Source: Candidatus Omnitrophota bacterium (GTDB taxonomy: Bacteria; Omnitrophota; Gorgyraeia; 1-14-0-20-64-10). Taken from it: DNA of 64,000 bases. The notes under the pieces are model-generated. The model worked only from the letters and a program-made list of their open reading frames with translations. It was not told where the DNA came from and made no database searches. Every line of letters starts with the position of its first letter. The first letter of the stretch is position 1. The position numbers and the translations under genes are program-made. Positions 27,501 through 35,900 of this stretch are shown here, piece after piece. The stretch covers positions 5,385-69,384 of the forward strand of contig JACOVG010000012.1 in NCBI GenBank assembly GCA_016177405.1, read 5' to 3'.

Positions 27501-30500
27501 CCGCGGCCGAGCCCCCCTCCGGCCTGGAGGAGACGGTCCAGGAGAAGTTCGGCAAGGCGCCGTTTGCCGTGGGAGTGCGTCTGCACGGTAGCACCATTGC
27601 CGCCGCTTTGGTCAATCGGAAGGGGGAGGTAGAGACCACCATCCTTGAGCCGACGCAGTGGAGAAAGCTGCCGGAGATCCTTGAGCTTTTGGGAAATCCG
27701 CCCCCCGACCGAGTGAATAAAGCGATCCTGGAACTGATTCCTCGCCCCGACCATATCCTCTCCTCGGAACAGCGTGACTTGGCCAGCCGGATTGGCGACC
27801 GGATTACCGAAGAAGTCATCCAGCACATCTTGGCCCTCGTCCGCAGTTCAGGACTGCCGAGGGAGAAGTTCAAATACACCTTCATCTCGTTCGCTGGACC
27901 TGTGGATCCCGTTTCAGGCCGGGCCGGAGTGCCTTTTGCCGCGCCCAACATACCCGGTTTTGAGAACTATCCCCTGGCCGAGAAGGTGGCCCATGGGATC
28001 GAGAAGGAGCTGGGGATGAAGGTTCGCGTGGATGTGAGAAATGACGCCCCCTCCGGCAGGATGGGGGAGACCAGCCCCAGCGGGACCATACCCGGCGCCA
28101 AGGGGGTGATCTCCATGATCTGGGGCACCGGGATCAACGCCGACTCGGATACCGTGCCCCTGTTTGAGGTGGGCCACGCCATCGTGGGTCGAATCGAAGA
28201 AGACGGCTTGGCCCACTACGAGTTTCGTGGAGCGGCAGAGAATCGGCCAGCCCTGGAACCGGATGAGTTTGAGGTGGAACAGCAATTAGGCGGCGAGGTT
28301 CTGGCGGCAGTCTTTAGGCAATACGGTTTCAAAGATGGCGGTGATCTCACACAGCAGGCTGCTCCGGACAATTCTGACCAAGCCAAGCGAGATTCGGCCA
28401 GGTCTATCATCGAGGACGTCGGCAAGGACATGGGCAGAGCCATCGCTTCCCTTCTGGCGCACTGCCGCAAGGAGCACCAGTTTGTTCCAACCCGTTTTGT
28501 TCTTACCGCCGGCGTGGCGGAGAAATTCGGCAAGGGGTTGGTGGATTCGAAGGGCAGAGACCTTCTGACCGGCGCCGTCCAGGATGGAGCTTCCCAAGAG
28601 CTTGTGGGTCGTTTCAATGTTTCTAAAGCGGATGCCGAAACGATGGTCAAGGCCGTTATCCGCTCCAGCATGGATGACCGCCGGGAGTTTGCCGCGGCAG
28701 CCAGCGCTCTTCCCTTCGCCGCGGCGGGATTTCCTGCCGATGGATTGTCGGTTCTCCCTGTATCGGAAACATCCCTGGAATTCTTGAAGAAGCTTAATCC
28801 TGATACCCCGGCCGAATTTGTTCAACACCAGCTTCTGATGGATGGCCCTCAAAGAGTGGCCGCGGTTCTGGAAAAAGGCAAGGAGACGCAGGCCGTGGGG
28901 ATGCTTGTGGCAGGCAGACTGTTCTGGGGGACCTGGGAAGATTTTAAGAAAGCGGGACTCACGGATGAGCAATCAGCCTCTGCCTTCCTTGACTATCTCC
29001 GGAATGGGATCCATGAGGCGCAGGTTACAGGTTTTAGGAATCTTTTCATCGAGAGGGTGATTCTTCGAAGAAGCCCCAAAAACGGCAGCGTCCATTTACA
29101 GCTTTCTGACGGACCGGTCCAGCCAGACGATGAAGTCACCTCGATGGTTCTCCTTCACGACAAAAAACATAATCTGGAAAACTTGGCCCACAGCCGTTCC
29201 AAGACCCCACTGCCGACCGGAAAAGCCGCCAAACCGCCCAAGTCCGGGCTGGAGGAGAAGCCGCCGGTGGAAAAGCGGGTCACCGGTAAAACAAAGTTGG
29301 CGGCGGGTGACCTGCTTGTTCGCAGGCAGCTAGGTGAGCCCATCCGCGGCTATCAGATCACGAAGATCGGCTGGCCGCAGTGGTGGCGTGGAATAACGGT
29401 GAAGCAAACAAGCATAGAAGCAACGCCGCCTCCTCTGCCTCGCGTGACGCGAAGAATCCTGAAGAGCGATCCAACGTGGACCCATCTTCCGCTGGCTGGC
29501 CTTCGGGAGGAGGATCTTGTTCGGCTTGGCTTGGAGACCTTCTTGAGCAAAATCACCCCAGGGGAGAAAGCGGCTTGGAAGAAAGAAGGCCGCGAAGCGG
29601 CGGCCAAGCAGAAGCAACATAAAGAAGAAATCCGCGCCGCGCTGGGCCCGTACGCCGCGCCGCTTCCCACGCGAACCAAGCCGAAGCCACCCTTCCAGGT
29701 GACGCAAGGGGCGCGGGAGTTCGAGATTCTCAAGACGCAGGTTGAGAAGGAAGGGCATCTTGTAGCGGTGGAGCCAACCTCCTACTATCCCGCTGCCGAC
29801 GGGGGGATTTCCAGTGAGAATGTCGGGAGCATGGTGACCAGCCTTCTTCGCAAGGCGCGCATGGGGGAGAGCGAACTTAAACACATCGCCTTCTTTCTCC
29901 CGGGCACTCCGAAGGAAGAGCGGACTCCAAGGAATGTTTTTGTGGTTTCGCTGGATCAGCCCATCTTTCAAGGGAAAGACGCGCCGCAGACCCTGAAAAC
30001 GGCGCTTGATGCTGTCCTGAAATATCTGCTTTCCCAGGATTCCAAGGAAACACCTACGGAAAGAGTCCAGGTCCCCTTGGCGAGATGGAAGCCGCCGGGC
30101 GCCTCTGCCCAAGACCCCCATGAGCTGGTTCCGGTGATCCTGCCCGTTCCTCCGCGCCCCGATCCCACCGCAGGCCCGCCACAGAACCGGCGGGCAGGCC
30201 TGGAGGAGGCGGCGGGGGCGTTCCTGGCGGGGGTTGTGGAGCAGACGCGGGCCGAGCAGGACCCTTACGCCCCGCTTCTGGGCACCGATGAGGCCCGGGA
30301 GGCCGCGGCGCGGTATCTCACCAGTCAGTGGACCGCTCCGGAGAGGCGGATCGACCCTTCCCAGCTCTTTATAACTCCTGGCGGCGCCGGCGCCCTGGAG
30401 CTTTTAATCCGAATGGCGGCCGATGTGACCGACGCCCCCCTCAAGGCGCTTCGAGATCCGAATGGGCGCCAATGGATTTGGCTGTCGAAAGCGCTTGAAG

Positions 30501-32872
30501 AACGCTACGGAAAACCGGCCCGGAAATACCTTCAAACCAAGGCCTTCGAAGATTCAACTCTTGGGAGCTTCATGATAAGTCTTTATCTCGCGAACCCACA
30601 GCGCGGAACCCCCAAGATCATCTTGCTTAAGATCTCTGATTTTCCGCGGGCCGACGATAAGGAGTGGCTCGATTTTTTGAAGTACGCTTCCGCCAATCAA
30701 ATCCTGGTTGTCTTCGAAGATTCTGAAGGTCCTACCCCAACGATGGGGAAGCTGATGCGGTGGGTCCAGGAGAACCCTCTTTATAAGCGGACAACCCTCT
30801 TTATGACCGATTTCGGGAAGCGTCTTGATCTGGACGACTACCCGTTGGGGGCGCTGGTTGGCTTTAACAACGCGCTCGTTACCCCTTACCAGACCGCGGC
30901 CGGCGGCTCGATCGCGGCCCCCTCCCAGGCGGTCCAGAAAGGGATCTCCCGCTGGCTTGCCCTCAAGGTCTCTCCCGGGGCAGGGGATGGCTGGCCGCAG
31001 GCTGCCCTTTCCTTACCGGATGTGCCGCAGAACAAAGGGTTCCTGGCGCCTCCTTATCTCGAGGGGAAACCGGACCCGACCCTTGCCTTGAGCTCCAGGG
31101 CCCTCTGGAAGGAGCGAGGCCTGCCGAGATTTCTGCCCGGCGTGAGCGATGAAAACGTTCTCTCAAGGGCGATTCCCCTGCACGTGGGGGCCCCCTCGGT
31201 GCCGCGGCCTAAATGGGCCAGGCAGGCGGTAGAGGAGGCCCTGAAGAGCAACCGCTGGAAGAGCTGGGAAGAGCTGGAGCAAGCGGTCGTTGAGGCAATG
31301 ATCGGCTATATTCGGCGCACGTATGGCGTCGAATATCTTGTGGATGATGTGGCGACAGGCCTCTCCGGCTCCAAGACCGCCCTGCAGGAGTTCCTCCTCG
31401 CGCTGGAGCATGTTGAGAAGAAGCCGGTTTCGGCGGCTCTCCCCAATCCTCACTACGTGGGATACGGTTCCTCACTCCGGGCGGTCATCCCGGATAAGCA
31501 GATCCATCGGTTTGGAACCCAGCGCGAGAACGACTTTGTCCCAACGATTGACGATATCCAGGCAGCGCTGGATGAGATGAAACAGAGCTCTCCGGAGGCG
31601 ACGAGGGTCCTTATCCTCACCAGCCCCGGCAACCCCACCGGCACCGTGATTTCGCAGGAGCTCCTGGAAAAATTGGACGCCTTGCTTCAGGAGAAGGGGT
31701 ATGAGGACGTTCACGTGGTTCTGGATGTCGCCTACGGACAGCTCCTCTTTGAGGGTAAGCAGCTTCAGCTGAACAACCTGTCCGACAGCGTCCTTACGCG
31801 GGTGGCTCTCCTGATGACCCAATCGAAGGAGATCCTTCAGCCCGGGGGCCGGCTGGGCACGTTGGCCATCGCCAATCCGGCGATTGTCGGCCGGATGCTG
31901 GACCAGCGGGTGTTAAAGGCCGACCGGGCCGCGATGGTAGCGCAGGCGGTTGTCTACGGCCAGGAACATGTTGAGGAATTTAACGCCTTTATCAGCAAGC
32001 ATGTGGAGCACCTGAAGCGAAACGCTAAACTGCTGACCCATATCCTCCGAAAGCACGGCGTGGATTTTATCCCGCCCCAAGGGGCCTTTTATCTTCTATT
32101 CAAGAAGGAGCGCTTCCTTGAGCTCGACGCGGAATTCACCCCCTGGGACCTGGGGCTCACCTATGTGGACGGCAACGCCTTCTATGCCCCGGAAGACGAA
32201 TGGTGGCGCATCGCTTTCTCCGGCCCCACCGAGCAGGTAGAGAAGGCGGCCCGCCGCCTGGATGAGTGGCTTACGGCGCATTCTCTCGCCGCCACGGGCC
32301 TGGAGGAGGGGGCCGCGGCGGCGGCTGCCCCCACGGTGCCGGAGGCGCTGGCGAGTCTCAATGGGCTTGAGAAGTTTTGGCAACTGCCGGATATTCCAGC
32401 GGCAGAGGGCTTCCCGGAACTTTCCGCCCGGCCCATCCTCATCGATACCCACGCCGATCCACGGCTGGGCCAACTCGCCCAGGCGTTGAGCATCATGATG
32501 GCCAAGGACCCTTCGGCCCCCGAGGTGGACTTTCTCCTGGTAGCCCGCTGGGAGGAAGTCTCCCCATTGCTGGAGGGGTTGAGTCAAATTAACCGCGAGG
32601 CCGCCGAGGAGTTCCTCAAGCCCCGGATCATCGCCTACGGCGGTTCGGAGGGGAGCCGAGAGAATGCTCGACGCGAGGCCATCGTCCGGTTGGCCAGGCG
32701 GTTCGGGCTCGGCGACGATCCGGAGAAATTGATACGGTCTGGGTCCCTTAAGGTGATCGGCGTCCTTACGCCAGATCTGGCGCTTGAGCTAAAGGATTTC
32801 CTTGGAGAGGTTGGATTACACTTTACGCAGGACGCCTACGATCGTTTGAAGGCGCTTCTGGAAGCGGCATAA
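21518..32872 (+). CDS. Giant GLEE-modular secreted multi-enzyme protein (GT2, PfkB kinase, ROK kinase, PLP aminotransferase, unknown modules, shared C-terminal domain)
   Basis: 3784-aa ORF; hydrophobic signal ending CPAFA|LRP; 11 [S/A/T]GLEE motifs at 21698, 21773, 22442, 23642, 25697, 25976, 26453, 27521, 29246, 30197 and 32297. Confidence 0.85.
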   Translation: MKPNLNQEESRCQTPKPVSDTVVPRLFLNKRPLALLLVLTSLTTWACPAFALRPAAPKESGLEEELSRTLTSAPARPELVAGPASGLEEWSDRFHFIIFPEGDRDDRAIATGFGPADHTLWIRIIQSDGFTSRLGFQVKDPSERAFPGEVLVLPGRTIGNLLRKTVPQRDLWRAWDIGVDKLTPYKRRSELAAFLARYPEFWKAVQKQKALAIAGGRDEQALSFQSGDYAVLFYTPGEDPAQWKIFADLSANPHRDDQPVTLTFSVSPRHEFNRKSVYLKRRGLPSSSAQPFSQRQTLTHQRAPNPPSGLEELGARLAEIPLSAGLTKLFQGLGQTQPDMVDRFLTIQESAKKQWLAILEKHPGELKMAVVIPAYSRGVDRIRSQDSLTLKLLQLKKLAEADTRGRVRFVIYVVDDKPEAGLQAEVDRARQAAGVTPEGPVQVRYLRLQDAVDKRRPDLKDLWFDLVPGEQGSRRSIKWGAVRYGMSVAVEEGARVVGMTDADSNQQASELPNLFAPILLEDRAAAVGSRFLNGSASNNDQIGPHNFIEYFLYNPLVKLAMPEIAPIEDLQSGLKAFSAKFLKAALPKMATHKFAGDSELLFLMAQAGGRIAEVPRSEIEESPGQSAVNPASYMSFVEQLKLQLVLHAGGRGFPPAASRFGRAIQGLNVGFWTAQRRRFEQALNEVQAGRKTHAEVEGLLHDLLFPATGLEEGEEFTGEAHPGDIIWNPNDPQGIRYVVDRLEGGRVVAHPEKEPKAVVRFHPDALKRDFKRASPPLKTLKERAAQVPAEVQELSIRGGRRLEKQRAAFYRIQDLIGQDPEVLRRLKSVRVGAKVVLYGATSEELSHFQGLGLEPADYDFVLLEPVSNPGMAGDLVKKAWMKASVVFAGISVMDFITLVQPPGVAGSKERLPFPDWADPAKPLTVVDQFPEGAAAYLAKAERVISGGPSHSGARVAWQTLGGGVQGLGKRGDVRVSHVSRVGEGTEGEKLLVSLRDLRESGEGVEVSGMKPAKGRVNASTLVLSQPEGKRNFIHQLGASNELTPADVPDSAFQGEIFSLHGSELAQRFMKGGKGVIALLERAKAAGAITTWDTVVDPFQHWGSGNLSDRDFEKLLSLIDVFTPSFGEALDIIRLREGLSDAQVKKWAPSQAARYFLDRGSEALFLKLDEKGSLIWTTQRSIFGRPAHFRMPVLWGLKKRDGTGTGDAYSAAVIVGILMDWPVEKIARVATAAGGLVLENYGGTLGDYTFPDVLKAAERLEGQIDVKMALDYPTLSLWEVRPGGTSAGFPEGLLPEAKPELDTLLLLAVRPDEAIAVAEGQPDDHLARGPVDRLRVRLNGRTGPLSPSEEALAEAVQREPRLGSTRSTQEQSDLLTYIASALLIPPAIDDPSAAGLEEKNRKPEAASAVWDGLTVDQAAEMLFAYRLRKSLYAGRKIFPVAGSKSFLDTMFNGEIRSWLQTVANGHPNESLKLVDDGTTVYASSSATGLEEGGQEKVQNEVQEALLRFQGLLSHATSKDLHVLSPQTLKRLPDLQGLGGFGLFLLPDSKLPLDQLPGAIKRRLGRRPKANFYGAGAETTILGLAAPGAGGRSGWLNLVVAGNGTLEEFLAGTLLPGLGIPDKHWKGEDDLAQIALDLWTLAPARAAGLEEKPQTEDQEDEWGGVVRLNLYAEPDRDDRIVIYNLGGSRAVWVKWLKTENPSRISVGFLAADAGGRHLPGDVVVLSGETVQRALDEAQSPQWIWPASNRIPDLRDPGIRVAIRKAMEKRLSEAKASFLQVPPAPQEMEFRDGGYAVVFDTAGDDPSSWRPVADLSVLPKNQRKIELVLSALGEVNLDRKSQSQFHQENDQPAVDPWGSVSSPLVSGDAWRRKVQSQLDDYVTVVQAPPQGHEERDPDFPSKELLEGVHSIEGSLKDGKGPAVAEVIRKVRGNLRALERGGRISPVDFEALDDLLETAVIEAERPRRLPAGPSAVPPRPLDEKEAPPSEFAEGIPLGPAAEPPSGLEETVQEKFGKAPFAVGVRLHGSTIAAALVNRKGEVETTILEPTQWRKLPEILELLGNPPPDRVNKAILELIPRPDHILSSEQRDLASRIGDRITEEVIQHILALVRSSGLPREKFKYTFISFAGPVDPVSGRAGVPFAAPNIPGFENYPLAEKVAHGIEKELGMKVRVDVRNDAPSGRMGETSPSGTIPGAKGVISMIWGTGINADSDTVPLFEVGHAIVGRIEEDGLAHYEFRGAAENRPALEPDEFEVEQQLGGEVLAAVFRQYGFKDGGDLTQQAAPDNSDQAKRDSARSIIEDVGKDMGRAIASLLAHCRKEHQFVPTRFVLTAGVAEKFGKGLVDSKGRDLLTGAVQDGASQELVGRFNVSKADAETMVKAVIRSSMDDRREFAAAASALPFAAAGFPADGLSVLPVSETSLEFLKKLNPDTPAEFVQHQLLMDGPQRVAAVLEKGKETQAVGMLVAGRLFWGTWEDFKKAGLTDEQSASAFLDYLRNGIHEAQVTGFRNLFIERVILRRSPKNGSVHLQLSDGPVQPDDEVTSMVLLHDKKHNLENLAHSRSKTPLPTGKAAKPPKSGLEEKPPVEKRVTGKTKLAAGDLLVRRQLGEPIRGYQITKIGWPQWWRGITVKQTSIEATPPPLPRVTRRILKSDPTWTHLPLAGLREEDLVRLGLETFLSKITPGEKAAWKKEGREAAAKQKQHKEEIRAALGPYAAPLPTRTKPKPPFQVTQGAREFEILKTQVEKEGHLVAVEPTSYYPAADGGISSENVGSMVTSLLRKARMGESELKHIAFFLPGTPKEERTPRNVFVVSLDQPIFQGKDAPQTLKTALDAVLKYLLSQDSKETPTERVQVPLARWKPPGASAQDPHELVPVILPVPPRPDPTAGPPQNRRAGLEEAAGAFLAGVVEQTRAEQDPYAPLLGTDEAREAAARYLTSQWTAPERRIDPSQLFITPGGAGALELLIRMAADVTDAPLKALRDPNGRQWIWLSKALEERYGKPARKYLQTKAFEDSTLGSFMISLYLANPQRGTPKIILLKISDFPRADDKEWLDFLKYASANQILVVFEDSEGPTPTMGKLMRWVQENPLYKRTTLFMTDFGKRLDLDDYPLGALVGFNNALVTPYQTAAGGSIAAPSQAVQKGISRWLALKVSPGAGDGWPQAALSLPDVPQNKGFLAPPYLEGKPDPTLALSSRALWKERGLPRFLPGVSDENVLSRAIPLHVGAPSVPRPKWARQAVEEALKSNRWKSWEELEQAVVEAMIGYIRRTYGVEYLVDDVATGLSGSKTALQEFLLALEHVEKKPVSAALPNPHYVGYGSSLRAVIPDKQIHRFGTQRENDFVPTIDDIQAALDEMKQSSPEATRVLILTSPGNPTGTVISQELLEKLDALLQEKGYEDVHVVLDVAYGQLLFEGKQLQLNNLSDSVLTRVALLMTQSKEILQPGGRLGTLAIANPAIVGRMLDQRVLKADRAAMVAQAVVYGQEHVEEFNAFISKHVEHLKRNAKLLTHILRKHGVDFIPPQGAFYLLFKKERFLELDAEFTPWDLGLTYVDGNAFYAPEDEWWRIAFSGPTEQVEKAARRLDEWLTAHSLAATGLEEGAAAAAAPTVPEALASLNGLEKFWQLPDIPAAEGFPELSARPILIDTHADPRLGQLAQALSIMMAKDPSAPEVDFLLVARWEEVSPLLEGLSQINREAAEEFLKPRIIAYGGSEGSRENARREAIVRLARRFGLGDDPEKLIRSGSLKVIGVLTPDLALELKDFLGEVGLHFTQDAYDRLKALLEAA
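21548..21581. repeat. Double palindrome CGGTGTCAGACACCG-AAAC-CGGTGTCTGACACCG inside the start of the giant ORF
   Basis: Two 15-mers, each internally palindromic and reverse complements of one another; translates as RCQTPKPVSDT. Confidence 0.85.
22454..23641 (+). other. Module: GT2 glycosyltransferase (polyprenol-phosphate glycosyltransferase-like)
   Basis: AVVIPAY, YVVDD, MTDADS (DxD), AVGSRF, DLQSGLKAFS, FAGDSELL. Confidence 0.8.
23654..25696 (+). other. Module containing a PfkB/ribokinase-family carbohydrate kinase
   Basis: ISGGPSHSGA, SRVGEGTEG, TTWD, FTPSFGEA, LKLDEKGS, DGTGTGDAYSAA (anion hole GxGD). Confidence 0.8.
27533..29245 (+). other. Module containing a ROK-family (glucokinase-like) domain
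   Basis: VGVRLHGSTI, ISFAGPVDP..APNIPG..YPLA, VRNDA..GE, IWGTGIN, EVGH. Confidence 0.75.
30209..32296 (+). other. Module: class I/II PLP aminotransferase, preceded by a degenerate partial copy
   Basis: Second half has PNPHYVGY, TSPGNPTG, LDVAYG, TQSKE...GGRLG, PQGAFY and WRIAF. First half has AREAAARYL..IDPSQLFITPGGAGAL and TDFGK...PLG. Confidence 0.8.
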
Positions 32873-32907
32873 TCAAAAGAAAAAACAATACAGGGAGAAA
32901 CCTAAAG

Positions 32908-35900
32908 ATGCGTTCGAAACTGCTGAAAATTCTCGTGGCGCGGGTTGCGCTCTTCACGTCCGTTATCACCTGGGCGGCGCCCGGGTATGCCCTGCGCCAG
33001 ACCGGGCTGGAGGAGTCTCCCAAGGAGCGGAAGCGGCTTGAAGTCGCCCTCCTGGGCACCGGCAACCCCGGCCAGGACCTCAAGAACCTCGGCGCCGCCG
33101 CCAACCGCCTCGCCACGGACCTTGGGTTTCTCCCTGCAGCCGGATTAGAGGAAGGTTCTTTAGGTCTCGATGATCTGATAAAGCAAGCCGGCGCTGGCTC
33201 CGAGGATGAGCGGAGCAGGGCCATCCAGGCCCTGGGAAGATTCTTTTCAGGGATTACGGTGGATCGGAAAAGATTGGCCTCGTTTGATGGCGGTCGCAGG
33301 GTCCTCCCGGATCTCACCCCGGTGACAAGCATTGGAGCGCTGGGAGTGGTGTTGAGCAACATGGTGGGTTCCGGTGACAAGATTGGATGCGACAGCGCTT
33401 CCTCCTCCAGGATGAATCCGGCGGTGCAGGTGGTATTCCGTGTGGCGGGGCACAACTGGTGGAACAGGGCAGGTGAAGGGAAGAGGGAAGGTGTTCCCGA
33501 CGAGGCGCAGATTCCGCCGATGGAGAAGCCGCTCGTCTTCTCCGCCGGCTGGGTCACTCTCTATACCGCCAACGACCCTGTGGATGGAACCACCCGGACC
33601 TCCAAGGGTCAGGATGGGGGGGTGACCCTTTTTATGGTGACCCCGGATTTTGGCAGGAGGATCCCGGACGAGCTGCGGCTTGAGAACGTCATCTACGCGG
33701 GTCAAAAAGCCGACTTCAGCCTGAAGCGCCAAAAGTTTGACGAGATCGTGAGGCGGATCGCGGCGTCGAATAGAAAATCACCTTCCGATTACGAGGTCTG
33801 GGTGCTCAACCGTCCCCATGGCCAGGAGATCATTGATCTGGCAAGGAAAGCGGGAGCCAAGGTGCGCCTGTATCAGGATGGGACGGTTCAGCCCTCCCTC
33901 TACCTGGCCGCTTTTCCGGAGAGAAACATCATCGTGGCGGGCCGCGTCGGAGCAACCGAAGGCAAGATGGTCGCGGCCCCCCTGCGCAACGTCCATTACC
34001 CCGGCGGCGGAAGGGTTTGGATGAAGGCCCGGATCATCTCGGAAAACTCCGCGTATGAGGTGGCGGAGAAGCGCCAAGGCGGCATCGTTTATTACGAGCC
34101 GAGGCTTGACCCGGACGGCAAGAAGGTCGCCGCGAAGAGTCTGACCAACGGAAACAAGTTGAGTCTCAAGGACAAAGAAGCTCTCAAAGAGGCCGGCTAC
34201 GCGGAGGAAGAGGTTGCCCGGATTGAGGATGGAAATTGGGAGCTGGAACTGGAGGATTTGGCTCCGGCGGCGGGAGACCTGTCCCTTTCCTACATCACCG
34301 AGCCGATGACCGGCTTGGATGGCCAGCCCCTCTTTGATTGGGAAGCGGAAATACACGGTGTTCAGAAGGCCGAAGGGGTGGTCAGTCATACGTTGGATTT
34401 CGCCGCGGATGGCATCTGGCTGGTCACGCATCGCTATCCGGACGCGGGGCTGGGGAGGATTGCCGCTCAACTTCATGAGCAGGAGCGGGTGGTTAACCTC
34501 CTGCGGAAGATCGTATTCGAAGATCCAAGCCATAATCTCCGGCAGGCCGCCCAAGCGGCCTTGAGAGAGTATCTGCCGCACGCGCTTGGTCTGGACTTCC
34601 AGCGGCGGGCGGGGCTGGCGATCGCGGGTGTGGCGGCGGGGCTGGAGGAGGCCAAGCCGGTCATCGGCTACCAGCCGAAACTGACACTGGAGCAAAACCT
34701 CAAGGCCCAGGCCCTTTTTGGGATGGGAACCGGTTCAGGCGTTACCAAGGTAGATGTGAAATACCAGATTAGAAACACGGCAGGAGATCCGGCCGCCTTC
34801 AGCCGGCTCTTTGGCGAACTCCTGGCCTTAAGCCAGGGCGACATGAATAAGCTTGCAAGGATTTTTGAAGAGGCGGTTCAGGCCGACTACGTGAGCGAGG
34901 AGCAGCTCGCCGCCGCCCTGCAGCGCCTGGCCGCCGATCCCGGGGTCCCCTACAACCAGCCGCCGGTTTCTTACTACAACCCGGCCCGCTACGTCTACGC
35001 CCGCCTGCGGAACATGCGGGGCGGCCGGATGACCGGATGGGTCGACGCGGTCCTGGAACCGGTGGCGGTTCGTGTTCGCAGACACGCCTCCGGCAAGGAT
35101 CTCTCCGATGTCCGGCAGAAGGCCCAGGTGGTTCAGGCCCTGCAAAAAAGCTGGGGGAGCGGTCGTCAAGAAGCGGGGTCGAACCTGCCCACAGGGCCTT
35201 TCCGGTACGAGATCTTTTGGGATTCCTTGGTGGAAAAGGACGGGGAATATTACCTCACGCTGGAACTGCTTCTGGACGGAGGGAAGGATTACGCCCAAGG
35301 GGTCGTTCTGGAGCTTCAGGTGGTAATTCCGGCAGAAGGGGAACTCCAGCAGTACCAGAACCCCTACACCTTGGAAATTCCCCCGGACAGAAGGGCCCCC
35401 TTCTCCTACGGACTCTTGGATTCCCTCCACTTTGTCAACACCCGCTTTCCGGAGTGGAGGCCCACGGCCCAACGGGACATCTACGATGCCCGGATGAAGG
35501 CGATGCAGGAAACAGGCGTGAAGCGCCAGATCCTGCGGCCGTCGGTTCGCCAGGGGAACAACCCCAGGTTCTTCGAGCCCTTCTTCCGGGCCTATTTGGC
35601 CGGGCGGGTTCCCTTGATCTACCACATCGTGCACACCCGCTCGGAGCGGGAGTACGGCAACCAGGGCGGGGTTCCCTCCATCGGGAATCTGGCCTCCGCC
35701 ATTGTCCGGCGAGGCGGTTTGGGAGTCACCGCTTCCTGGCTTATCGAAAATCCTAAAGAGGCCGAGCCGCTGGTCGGGCAAGAGCTGGTTTTTAGCTACG
35801 AGCTGGACCACCACCGGATTGACAATGTGAAGGATGCGGCTGGATTCGCGGCAGATTTTGAGTATCTGGTGAAGGCCTACCAGGAGGCGCTCGTCACAGG

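Noticed and set aside
29498-29512. AGLREE as an additional delimiter
   Set aside because: Imperfect match with an inserted Arg; possibly a degenerate copy, so it was not counted.
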